Below, one piece after another: positions 42,275 through 52,000 of a stretch of 64,000 bases of DNA. Under the pieces are notes generated by a model. That model was given only the letters and a program-made list of their open reading frames with translations. It searched no databases and had not been told where the DNA came from. Source of the DNA: Candidatus Eiseniibacteriota bacterium. Its GTDB lineage: Bacteria; Eisenbacteria; RBG-16-71-46. Location: contig CAVZLN010000003.1 of NCBI GenBank assembly GCA_963776245.1, positions 928,001-992,000 on the forward strand. Reading direction: 5' to 3'. Position 1 is the stretch's first letter; every line of letters starts with the position of its first letter. The position numbers and the translations under genes were made by a program.

Positions 42275-44010
42275 CCCGCATCGCGGTGCGCGACGTGGCG
42301 AGCGGTCGCGCCTGGACCATCGCTCCCGGCGGAGCGGTGATCGGCCGCGACCCGGGCTGCGACATCGCGCTCGACGACTCGTCGGTCTCGCGCACGCACG
42401 CCCGGCTGGTTCCAGAGGGAGCGCGCTGGATCATCGAGGACGCCGGCAGCCAGAACGGCACCTACGTGAACGACGTCGCGGTGAAGCGCCAGCTCGTGGT
42501 GCCGGGGGACCGGATCGGGCTGGGCTCGACGCTGGTGCTCGAGGTGCTGGAGGCTCCCGAGGGCCCGCGGGCCGCCGCCCGCGCGCGCGCCCAGCGGCCG
42601 GACGAAGCGCGGGAAGGCTCGGAGGCCGGAGAGTCCGCGCCGGCGGCGTCCCGCGCGGCCGCCGGGCGGGACCCGTGGTGGGTCGAGGTCCGCCACGAGC
42701 TCGAACCGGACGATCGCACGGCGCAGCCGCGCCTGACGCTGCGGCCGGGCGTGCACGTCATCGGTCGCGACGAGCGCGCCGACGTGCGACTGGACGACGA
42801 GAGCATCTCGCGCGCGCACGCGCGCCTCGAGGTGAGCCCGGGGGCCATCACGGTGGTCGACCTCAAGAGCCGCAATGGCACGCTGGTGAACGGCGAGCCG
42901 GTCCGCACCGCGCCGCTGCGCGACGGCGACCAGGTGGTCTTCGGGGAACTGGGGTTCACCCTCCATCGCCGGACCGCGTTCGCCTGGCGGCGCGTCGGGC
43001 TGGTGGCGGCCGCTCTCGCCGGGCTGGCGCTGGTGGTGGCGGCGGGATGCGTGGCCACCCGGGCGCTCTCGGAGCGCCGCGTGATCGGCGCGGAGGCGCG
43101 GCATCTGAAGGCCGAGGCGATCGCCAGCATGGAGCGCGGCATCGCGGCGTCGCGCGCGGGCGAAGCGGACTTCGCGCGCGCCCATCTGGTCTACGCCGGC
43201 GACCTGCTGGTGCTCTCGGGGCTGGCGCCGCGCGGGGCCTCGCTGGAGGAGCCCGAGGCGCTGTTCGAGGAGCTGCGCCGCGGGCTCCCGGCGGCCGACC
43301 GGGGGTTCGACTTCGCCGCAGCGCTCGGCGCGGGCCGCGCCGGAGCGTCCACCGCACCGGTCGCGGGGCTGAGCGTGGCCGAGTACGTCGCCCGCCAGAC
43401 CCGCCTGTACGCGATCGAGCTCGGGCAGGACCCCGACGTGCCGCCGGGGTTCGTCGCCTCGGTGCAACAGGTGGTCGAGGAGACCCAGCGCTATCCCGCC
43501 AAGTTCCGCGCCACCCTGCGCCGCGCGCGCACGCTCCAGCCGAGGCTGCGGCGGCTGGTCGCGAAGGAGTCCCTGCCGGAGGTGTTCTGCTACCTCGCGT
43601 GGGTGGAGAGCGATCTCGATTCGACCAAGCGGAGCGCGGCGGGGGCGTGCGGCCTGTGGCAGTTGATGCCCGCCACCGCCCGCCAGTATCACCTGCGGGT
43701 GGATGCCGCGGTGGACGAACGCACCGGGGTCACGCGCTCGACCCACGCCGCCGCGCGCTACATCGGCAACCTGATCCGCAAGTTCGGCCGCGAGCAGTTC
43801 ATGTGCGCGCTCGCCTCGTACAACCGGGGTGAGCACGGGGTGTGGGCGAAGATGGAGCAGATCGAGGACCCGATGATGGCGTCCTCGCTCAAGTACTGGT
43901 ACCTGGTCGAGCACGGGAAGCTCCCCGCGCAGACCGCCGACTATGTCCCGCGGATCTTCGCCACGCGCATCATGGCCGAAGACCCCGCGCGGTTCGGGCT
44001 CGCGCCATGA
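42271..44010 (+). CDS. Tandem FHA - TM - lytic transglycosylase (SLT/MltD-like)
   Basis: Two FHA domains (IGRD...VSRTHA...SQNGTYVN; IGRD...ISRAHA...SRNGTLVNG), one TM, then VES...GLWQLMPATA...ASYNRGE...TADYVPRI. Confidence 0.88.
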   Translation: MTRIAVRDVASGRAWTIAPGGAVIGRDPGCDIALDDSSVSRTHARLVPEGARWIIEDAGSQNGTYVNDVAVKRQLVVPGDRIGLGSTLVLEVLEAPEGPRAAARARAQRPDEAREGSEAGESAPAASRAAAGRDPWWVEVRHELEPDDRTAQPRLTLRPGVHVIGRDERADVRLDDESISRAHARLEVSPGAITVVDLKSRNGTLVNGEPVRTAPLRDGDQVVFGELGFTLHRRTAFAWRRVGLVAAALAGLALVVAAGCVATRALSERRVIGAEARHLKAEAIASMERGIAASRAGEADFARAHLVYAGDLLVLSGLAPRGASLEEPEALFEELRRGLPAADRGFDFAAALGAGRAGASTAPVAGLSVAEYVARQTRLYAIELGQDPDVPPGFVASVQQVVEETQRYPAKFRATLRRARTLQPRLRRLVAKESLPEVFCYLAWVESDLDSTKRSAAGACGLWQLMPATARQYHLRVDAAVDERTGVTRSTHAAARYIGNLIRKFGREQFMCALASYNRGEHGVWAKMEQIEDPMMASSLKYWYLVEHGKLPAQTADYVPRIFATRIMAEDPARFGLAP

Positions 44011-45308
44011 GCGCCGTCGTCGCCCGGGGGCGGGTGATGTTCGCGGCGGTCGGGCTGGCCGCCGTGCTGGGCGCCGCGCGTCCGGCCAGCGGCGCGCTCT
44101 CCATCGACCTGGTGGAGCGCGAGCGCGGGACGTACCGCGTCTGGGTCACCGCGCTCGACGATCGCGGCCGCCCGCTGCCGGAGATGGCCTCGCGGCTGTC
44201 GGTGTGGCTCGACGATCAGCCCGCGTCGCGGCTGGAGGTGGTTCCGGCGCGGACCCTGCATCCCGGCCTCGATCTCGAGCTGCTGGTGGACGCCGCGCTG
44301 CTCGACGCGGGGCTGGGGCAGGGCGTGCGCGACGCGCTCGCGGAAGCCGGCACGACGCTCGAGGACGGGGATCGCGTGCGCGTGACCGTGCTCGGGCGAC
44401 GGGACCGCGGCGCCGAGCGGCCGGTCGCCCGGATCGCCGAACTGCCGGGCCTGCTGGCCGAGCTGCGCACCGAGGGCACGCCGCGGCTCTACGACGCGCT
44501 GTTCGCCGCGGTGCAGCGCATCGCGCAGCGATCGCAGGCGTGGATGGGCACGGTCCTGCTCGTCACCGCGGGCCGCGACGACGGGAGCCGGCACCGCTCG
44601 GTCGACGTGCTGGCGCTCGCCCGCCATGGCCGGCTCACCCCGCTGCACGTGGTGATGGTCGAGTCCGCCGAGGGACCGCCCGGAGGCGGGCTGCTGGCGC
44701 GGCTCGCCGAGGAGACCGGCGGGTCGCTGACCGTGGCGGATACCCCGGACGCGCTGCCGGAGGCCGTCCGCGCGGTCGTCGGCCGCCAGGCGGGGCGGGT
44801 GGTGGCGCGGTTCGAGGCGCCCTCCGGGGGGACCGGGGCGGCGCGCCACGTGCTGCGCGTGCGCGCCGTCGGGGACAGCGCGACGTGGACCGCGGCGAGC
44901 GAGTTCGCGGACGGCGAGGTCGCGGCCCCCGCGTCCTGGACCGCGTTCGGCGCGCTCGCGGCGATCGGTGTCGCGAGCGCGCTCCTGGCGCTGCTCCTGC
45001 TGCGGCCGCGCCGCCGCTGCCTGCTGGTGGTCGAGGAGGGGTTCCAGCGCGGGTGCTGGTTCGAGGTCTTCGACCTGCCCGTGACCGTCGGCGCCGGGCC
45101 CACCAACGATATCGTGCTCCCGGATCCGCGGGTCTCGCGCAATCACCTGATGCTGGTCCGCCGCGGCCGGGGGATCGCCGTGTCCGACCTCAATTCCGAG
45201 AACGGCACCGCACTGAACGGAGAACGCGTGACGCACGAGCTGCTGCGCGATGGAGACCGCCTGAGCCTCGGTGAGGCCGTCACGCTGGTGTTCGAGGCGC
45301 CCCGATGA
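44007..45308 (+). CDS. Exported vWA-like domain - TM - FHA protein
   Basis: Signal peptide; TPRLYDAL, LLVTAGRDDGS, LARLAEETGG (degenerate vWA); TM; C-terminal FHA (VSRNH, DLNSENGT.LNG). Confidence 0.75.
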   Translation: MSAVVARGRVMFAAVGLAAVLGAARPASGALSIDLVERERGTYRVWVTALDDRGRPLPEMASRLSVWLDDQPASRLEVVPARTLHPGLDLELLVDAALLDAGLGQGVRDALAEAGTTLEDGDRVRVTVLGRRDRGAERPVARIAELPGLLAELRTEGTPRLYDALFAAVQRIAQRSQAWMGTVLLVTAGRDDGSRHRSVDVLALARHGRLTPLHVVMVESAEGPPGGGLLARLAEETGGSLTVADTPDALPEAVRAVVGRQAGRVVARFEAPSGGTGAARHVLRVRAVGDSATWTAASEFADGEVAAPASWTAFGALAAIGVASALLALLLLRPRRRCLLVVEEGFQRGCWFEVFDLPVTVGAGPTNDIVLPDPRVSRNHLMLVRRGRGIAVSDLNSENGTALNGERVTHELLRDGDRLSLGEAVTLVFEAPR

Positions 45309-46246
45309 CGGTCGGCGCGGACCTCGGGCGCGCCGCGTTCCGCGCCACGTCGGCCACGGATGTCGGCCGCCGCCGCAAGGGGAACGAGGACCGCCACGGC
45401 ATCTTCGTGCGCCCCGCCGCGGCCGGCCAGCCCGAATGCACCCTGCTCGTGGTCGCCGACGGCATGGGCGGCGCGAACGCGGGTGAGGTGGCCAGTGCCA
45501 TCGCGCTCGAGACCGTCTCGCGGATCTTCCTCGGCGGCGGCGGAGCCGGCCTGCCCGACCTGTTGCGCCGCTCGCTGGAAGCGGCGAACCACGAGATCCA
45601 CGCGCGCGCCAACCGCGAGCCGGCGCTCGCCGGGATGGGCACGACGTGCACGGCGGTGGCCGTGGAAGGCGCCGATGTGGTGGTCGCGCACGTGGGCGAC
45701 AGCCGCGGGTACCGGGTGGGGAAGGGCGGCGTCCGGCAGATCACGCAGGACCATTCGCTGGTCGCGCGGCTGGTGGAGCAGGGGTTGCTGACCCCGGCGC
45801 AGGCGAAGGTGGATCCGCGGCACAACATGGTGACCCGCAGCCTCGGAGTGGAAGCGGAGGTCGAGGTGGACATCGAGCGGATCGACGGGCCGCTGGCGCC
45901 CGGCGAGACCCTGCTGGTGTGCTCGGACGGACTGCACGGCCTGGTGGCGGACGAGGAGCTGGCGAGGATCGCGGCGGGGCCCTCCCTCGGGGACGCGTGC
46001 GCTGCGCTCATCCGACTCGCGAACGAGCGCGGCGGCCCCGACAACATCACGGTCATCCTCGGCCGGCTGGAGGCCGGGGACGGGTCCGCCGGCCCCGAGA
46101 CCACGGACGCCGCCGGCCCCGCCGCCCTCCCGGCGCCCGTCCGGGCCCGGCTCGCGGCGCGGACGAAGTGGTTGCTCTTCCTATCGCTGCTGCTGCTCCT
46201 CGGGGCGCTGGCCGCCCTGGCCTGGCTGGTGTCCCGTCTGCTGTGA
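45305..46246 (+). CDS. PP2C-type Ser/Thr phosphatase (Stp1/PppA-like), C-terminal membrane anchor
   Basis: TDVGRRR..NED, VADGMGG, GMGTT, HVGDSR, TQDHS, CSDGL, GGPDNIT. Confidence 0.93.
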   Translation: MTVGADLGRAAFRATSATDVGRRRKGNEDRHGIFVRPAAAGQPECTLLVVADGMGGANAGEVASAIALETVSRIFLGGGGAGLPDLLRRSLEAANHEIHARANREPALAGMGTTCTAVAVEGADVVVAHVGDSRGYRVGKGGVRQITQDHSLVARLVEQGLLTPAQAKVDPRHNMVTRSLGVEAEVEVDIERIDGPLAPGETLLVCSDGLHGLVADEELARIAAGPSLGDACAALIRLANERGGPDNITVILGRLEAGDGSAGPETTDAAGPAALPAPVRARLAARTKWLLFLSLLLLLGALAALAWLVSRLL

Positions 46247-46270
46247 AACCCGACCCCGGAGAGCCCGGCC

Positions 46271-46299
46271 TTGACGACTCCGCGCCGCCCTCCTAGTCT
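46271..46299 (+). promoter_or_regulatory. Putative sigma70 promoter for tssJKLM
   Basis: TTGACG-N17-TAGTCT just upstream of tssJ. Confidence 0.5.
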
Positions 46300-46321
46300 C
46301 CGCCACATGAAAGGTAAGCCG

Positions 46322-46804
46322 ATGCGACTCATCGCGCTTCGGGTGCGCGGCGCTTGCGCCGCGGCGCTCGTGGCTGCCGCCCTGACCGGCCCCGGGTGCG
46401 CGCATGCCCCGCTCGTGGGCCAGAAGCAGTTCCATCTCACGCTCATCGCCGCGCCCGACCTCAACAGCACGGTGAAGGGCCGCGGCTCGCTGCTCGGGGT
46501 CCGCGTGGTGCAGGTCTCGGCTCCGAGCGAGGCCCGGCTCATCAGCACCAAGGTCTCGGACGTGTGGGAGAAGGAGAAGGACTTCTTCGGGACCGCCTAC
46601 CTGAGCGTGACGGAATACACGCTCCTGCCGGGCACCACCCAGGAACTCACGCTGCCGCTCGAGAAGGGCGCGAAGGCGATCGTCGTGCTCGGCGCGTTCT
46701 TCAAGCCGACGGGGGAGTGCTGGCACACCGAGCACCTGCTGTCCCAGGGCGGGAACGTGCGCCTGCCGGCCGGCGCCAACTGCTTCTCGCCCCCCAAGAA
46801 CTGA
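46322..46804 (+). CDS. tssJ: T6SS lipoprotein TssJ
   Basis: Lipoprotein-like signal ending in GC; LTLIAAPDLN...VRVVQV, LLPGTTQELTL, GAFFKP..W; directly before tssK. Start may be 46307. Confidence 0.75.
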   Translation: MRLIALRVRGACAAALVAAALTGPGCAHAPLVGQKQFHLTLIAAPDLNSTVKGRGSLLGVRVVQVSAPSEARLISTKVSDVWEKEKDFFGTAYLSVTEYTLLPGTTQELTLPLEKGAKAIVVLGAFFKPTGECWHTEHLLSQGGNVRLPAGANCFSPPKN

Positions 46805-46819
46805 ACCAGGAAGGCTCCG

Positions 46820-48166
46820 GTGAACCCTCATCGCCGCGTGGTGTGGAGCGAGGGCATGCTCCTCGTTCCGCAGCACTTCCAGCAGCTGGAGCGGAGCGTG
46901 CTGCACACCGTGACCGACCGGTTCCGCAACGCGCACGCGTTCGACTGGGGACTCACGTCCATCGAGATCGACCGCGACGCGTTGCGCAACGGCCGGTTCG
47001 CCCTCACCAGCGCCAGCGGCGTGTTCCCCGATGGCACCCCGTTCGCGATGCCGGCCCGCGACCCGCTGCCCTCCCCACGCACGGTCGAGGGTCACTTCGA
47101 TCCCAAGCGCGACCTGCTGGTGCACCTCGGCCTGCCGATCGAGCAGGCGGGGCGCGCGCGCGTCGGCGCCGCGGCGAAGCCCGGGGCGCCCGGGCCGCGC
47201 TACTCCGAGGAGTCCGGCGAGATCGACGACGGCAACACCGGCGGGGATGCGCGCGCGATCGCGATCGCGCGTCCCAACCCGGTGCTGCTGTTCCCCGATG
47301 ACGCGCTGGGCGACCACGACGCGATCCCGATCGCCGAGGTGTTCCGCGATCCGCAGTCGGGGTTCGCGGTGCGCGAGAGCTACGTCCCGCCGGCGCTGGC
47401 CATCGGCGCGTCCGCCGAGCTGATGCGGGTGCTCGAGGCGCTCCACGGGCAGGTGCTCTCGAAGAGCAGCGAGCTGGCGAACCGCCGGCGCGAGCAGGGC
47501 GGCCTCGCCGACTTCGGCACCGGCGACTTCCGGAGCTACCTGCAGTTCCACACCGTCAACGCGGCCATCCCGCTGCTCCAGCACGCGGTCAGCCAGCGGC
47601 GGATCCATCCCGAGGCGCTCTACCTCATGCTCGCGCGCCTGGCGGGTGAGCTGTCGGCGTTCTCGCTCAAGGTCAAGCCCGCGGACGTGCCGGCCTACGA
47701 GCACGGGGGGCTGCGCGAGACGTTCGCGCGGCTGCGCGCGATCCTCTCCGAGCTGCTCGAGTCGAAGGAGATCGTGAGCACGCTCCAGATCCCGCTCGAG
47801 CGGGACGGCTTCACGCACGTCGCCCGGCTCGAGGACGCGCGCCTGCTGGAGCCCTCGACCCGGATGTTCCTCGGGGTCGCGAGCGACCTCGACGAGGCGC
47901 GCCTGATCGGCGACCTGCCGAACGTCATCAAGATCGCCTCCCGCGACCGCATCGACGCCATCATCGCGGGCGGACTGCGCGGGCTGCCGATCCGCTTCGA
48001 GCACAACCCGCCGGGCACGCTCCAGACCCGCTCGATGTTCCGCTACTTCCAGATCGAGCCACGCGGCGACGAGTGGGACGCGATCAAGGGGGCGCGCAAT
48101 CTCGCGATCTTCGTCCCCGCGCACATCCCCAACGTCACGCTCCAGCTCCTCGGACACCTGGGCTAG
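46820..48166 (+). CDS. tssK: T6SS baseplate subunit TssK
   Basis: VVWSEGMLLVPQHFQQ, GVFPDGTPF, YVPPAL, HPEALY..LARLAGELSAF, IKIAS, YFQIE. Confidence 0.95.
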   Translation: MNPHRRVVWSEGMLLVPQHFQQLERSVLHTVTDRFRNAHAFDWGLTSIEIDRDALRNGRFALTSASGVFPDGTPFAMPARDPLPSPRTVEGHFDPKRDLLVHLGLPIEQAGRARVGAAAKPGAPGPRYSEESGEIDDGNTGGDARAIAIARPNPVLLFPDDALGDHDAIPIAEVFRDPQSGFAVRESYVPPALAIGASAELMRVLEALHGQVLSKSSELANRRREQGGLADFGTGDFRSYLQFHTVNAAIPLLQHAVSQRRIHPEALYLMLARLAGELSAFSLKVKPADVPAYEHGGLRETFARLRAILSELLESKEIVSTLQIPLERDGFTHVARLEDARLLEPSTRMFLGVASDLDEARLIGDLPNVIKIASRDRIDAIIAGGLRGLPIRFEHNPPGTLQTRSMFRYFQIEPRGDEWDAIKGARNLAIFVPAHIPNVTLQLLGHLG

Positions 48167-48169
48167 CCG

Positions 48170-49066
48170 GTGTTCGGATCGAAGGGTCCTCGCACGCGGC
48201 CGGGGAGCGCGCCCCGTCCTCCGGCCCGCGGCTCCGGTCCGTCGCCCGGCGCCGACGAGACCATCATCCTGCCCGGACGCCGGGCCGGCGCTCCCACCCC
48301 GTCCCGGGCGACGCCGCCCGAGCCGCCGCGGGAGTTCCCGTCCTTCGCCGGAGGCTCCGCGTCCCCGTCCATCCGGTCGGGGGCCGCGGCCGCGCCGGCG
48401 CGCGCCCGGCTCGTCGACCTCGCCGCCAGCTGGCTGGCGACGGTGCTCGCGCTGGCCCGCGTGAAGGAGCTGCCCGACGCGGCGGTGGTGCGCACCCGCG
48501 CGCTCGAGCTGAGGGCGCGCTTCGAGCAGGAGGCGCAGGGCGGGGGCTTCGACGGCCAGGACGTCCAGGACGCGCTGCTCGCGCTGGTCGCGTTCCTCGA
48601 CGAGACCGTGCTGTCGGTGCGCGGCTCGGCGCGCGACGCGTGGCTCTCGCGCCCGCTCGGGCTCGAGCTGTTCGGGCGCAACGATCTGGGCGAGGTGTTC
48701 TTCGACCGCCTCGATGTCCTGCGCGCGGCGCGCGAGGGCCGCATCGAGGCGCTCGAGGTGTACTACGCCTGTCTGATGTTCGGCTTCTCCGGCCGCTACC
48801 GCATGAGTCCGCCCGAACGCCTGGCCCAGCTCACGTCCGAGGTCGGCCGGGACGTCTCGGTGGTGCGCGGCGTGTCGCCCACGGTGCTCTCGCCCGCCGC
48901 CGCGCGGCCGGCGGAGCGCGCCGGAGCGAGCCTCTCCGGCGTGCCGCGCTGGATCCCGGTGGCCGCCGCGGTCAGCGCCGTCCTGCTGGCATTCCTGATC
49001 ATCTTCCTCGCGAACTCCGTCACCGGCTGCTCGGCCTCGGGCACCATCGGACGGCTCGCGGGCTGA
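48170..49066 (+). CDS. tssL: T6SS membrane subunit TssL (DotU), no OmpA domain
   Basis: ALVAFLDETVL, W..RPL.LELF...LGEVFFDRL, EVYYACL.FGF.GRY; C-terminal TM. Confidence 0.92.
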   Translation: MFGSKGPRTRPGSAPRPPARGSGPSPGADETIILPGRRAGAPTPSRATPPEPPREFPSFAGGSASPSIRSGAAAAPARARLVDLAASWLATVLALARVKELPDAAVVRTRALELRARFEQEAQGGGFDGQDVQDALLALVAFLDETVLSVRGSARDAWLSRPLGLELFGRNDLGEVFFDRLDVLRAAREGRIEALEVYYACLMFGFSGRYRMSPPERLAQLTSEVGRDVSVVRGVSPTVLSPAAARPAERAGASLSGVPRWIPVAAAVSAVLLAFLIIFLANSVTGCSASGTIGRLAG

Positions 49067-49074
49067 GGGCTCGC

Positions 49075-52000
49075 ATGGACCTGCAGCGTCTGAATGGACC
49101 GCCGCTCTGGATCGGCAGCGGCGTCGTGGCCACATTCGTGCTGCTGTTCGCGAACGCGCGGCGGCTGCATCTCGACGTGCTGCTGCTGGCGCTCGTCCTG
49201 GTGGTCGTGGTGCTCGGCGTGGTGGTGTACTTCCTGGTGCGGCGGCTGCTCGCGCTGCGCGCCGCCGAGGCCATCGAGCACACGCTCACGCGCCAGGCCG
49301 ACCGCGACATCGAGCGCTCGGTGCCGGGCAAGATCGCCGAGGTGCGCGACCTCAAGGCCGACCTGCAGGCGGCGATCGAGGCGCTCAAGCGCGCGAACGT
49401 GATCAAGCGCGCCGGCGAGGGCGCGCTCGCCGAGCTGCCCTGGTACATGCTCCTCGGCCCCGAGGCCTCGGGCAAGAGCGCGCTGGTGCGCCAGTCGGGC
49501 CTCCACTTCGCGCTCTCCGACGACCAGCAGAATCCGCGCGCGGTGCGCGGCGTCGGCGGCGCGCGCGGATTCGAGTGGTGGCTCACCGAGGAGGGCGTGC
49601 TGCTGGCGATGTCGGGCAAGACGCTCGCGCGCTCGGCGTTCGACGACACCGACGACTGGCAGGAGTTCCTGCTCGCGCTGCGCGAGCAGCGCCAGGGCCG
49701 CGCGCTCAACGGCGTGATGGTGACGGTCGCCGTGGACCAGCTGGCCGACCGCCCCGAGGCCGCGATCGACGCCCTCGGGCGCCAGGTGCGCGAGCGCATC
49801 CGCGAGCTCGTCCATCACCTCGGCGTGGTGTTCCCGGTGTACGTCGTGTTCACGCGCTGCGACCGGGTCGCCGGGTTCGCCGAGTTCTTCGAGGACCTCA
49901 CGCCCGAGGAGCGCCGGCAGGTGTGGGGCGCGACCCTCCCGCTCAAGCGCGCAGAGACCGCGGCCGCCGAGGCGCTGTTCGAGCAGGAGTCCCAGCGGCT
50001 CGCCGGGGTGCTGTCGCAGCGGAGGCTGGAGCGCGTGGGGGCGCTGGTGGACCCGCTCCAGCGCGCGCGCGCGTTCGCCTTCCCGCTCCAGTTCGAGCGC
50101 CTCCGCGCGCCGCTCGCGCGCTTCATCCAGGTGACGTTCCAGCGCGATCCGGTCGAGGAGGGCGTGCCGCTGCGCGGCTTCTACTTCACCTGCGCGGGCA
50201 CCGAGGGCGAGCCGGTGGACCGCGTGCTGGCGCCGGCCGTGGGCGCGCTCGGGCTCGAGATGGTGAAGACCGCCCCGCCGCCGCTGGGGCAGGGGTCGTG
50301 GTTCGCCGAGCGCCTGTTCACCAGCGTCGTGTTCCCGGACAAGGCGCTCGCCGCGCCCTCGAAGCAGGCGCTGCGTGCGGACGCGCGCCGGCGGGTGTGG
50401 ATGGTCGGCGGGGCGGCCGGGCTGTTCGTCGTGCTCACCCTGCTGTTCTCGTGGCTCTCGTGCGCGAACTTCGGGCTCATCGGCGAGACCGAGCGCATCG
50501 CCCGGGACGTGGTGCGCATCTCCGGCAATCACTCGATGAGCGACCTCGAGGTGCGCGAGGTGCAGGAGCTCGACCGCCTGCGCCTCCAGATCCTCGAGTT
50601 GGAGCGGGTCTCCACCGACCGCCCGTTCCGCGGCTACCTCGCGTTCAACTCCGCGGGCGGGCTGCGCCGCGAGGCGGCCCGCGTCTGGGCGCGCAGCAGC
50701 GCGGACGTGTTCCTCGGCCTCGCGGTGGGCGTGATGCGGGACTCGCTCGCCCGCGGGGCGGGCTCGTTCCCGGCCTACTTCGAGCGCTACCGGGTCTACC
50801 GGCTGCTCACCGACCGGCGCGCGTCGCTCCAGCCCGCGGACTCGACCGTGATCGCGGAGCAGCTCCGCCTCGCGCTCACCTTCTCGGAACGGTTCATCGA
50901 GAACGACCGCGAGGAGCTGCGCCGGCTGGTGCCCCCGCTGGCCGCCTTCATCGCCTCGCACGACGCGGCACTGGCCGCGGTCTCCGACGAGCGGCTCGCC
51001 CTCGACATCCCGGTCGCCCGGACGGCGGCGGCGCGCGTCGCCGCCACGTGGAACTCGGACTCGCTCTACCGCTACATGATCGACGTCACCACCCGTCAGC
51101 TCGGCGGGCGGCGGGATCTCGGGTTCGACAGCCTGGTGACGAACGCGCAGCGGCTGCAGGGCGACCACCTCGTCCCCGGCCCGTTCACGCGCGAGGGCTG
51201 GACGACCGTGGTGGGGCCGCGCATCGCGTGGTACGCGATCCAGGTCGAGCGCGACACCCTGCTCGGCGCGGCCTTCCGGGACGTCGCCGGGGGGCGCGGC
51301 CGCCCCGATCCGGCCACCGAGCTCGGGAGCCGGTACTCGGCCGACTACGTGGGGCAGTGGGGGAGCTTCCTGCGCGGCATCCACCTGCGTCCCGGGTCGG
51401 AAGGGACGAACGGACTGCTCGCGACCCTGAGGGACCTCGCCCTGCCGGGCTCGGAGATCGTCACCGTGCTCGAGAAGGTGCGCCACCAGACGCGCCTCGG
51501 CGTGGAGCGCAACTCGGGCGTCGCGCAGGTGGAGCAGGACTTCGACGTGCTGGACGCGTTCTTCCGCCCCTCGGACTACGACGCACGGCTCTCGGGCTGG
51601 GCGCGGTTCTGGCGGGGGCTGACCAAGGTGAAGGCCAAGCCGGGCTCGCTGCCCCAGGTGCTGTCCCCCACCAAGGTGGAGGGCGAGTACCGGACGCGCA
51701 TCCTCGAGAAGACCGCGATCGACATGGACAAGGCCACGCGCGAGGGCCAGAGCGCGAGCACCGCGCTCTCGGAGGGCCGCAACCGGCTCACCGCGCTGCT
51801 CAGCGGCCTGAGCGGCGGACGCGCCGGGCAGCGCGGGGTCCCGATGGTGGACGCGCTGCTGAGGATGCCGCTCCTGATGGCCCAGGAAGGCATGCGCCCG
51901 CAGGAGGAGACCATCGTCCAGCAGGGCGCCAGCGACGCCTACCAGCAGCAGGTGATGTCCGCCGTGCAGTCGAAGCTGCTGCCCTACTACCCGTTCTCGG

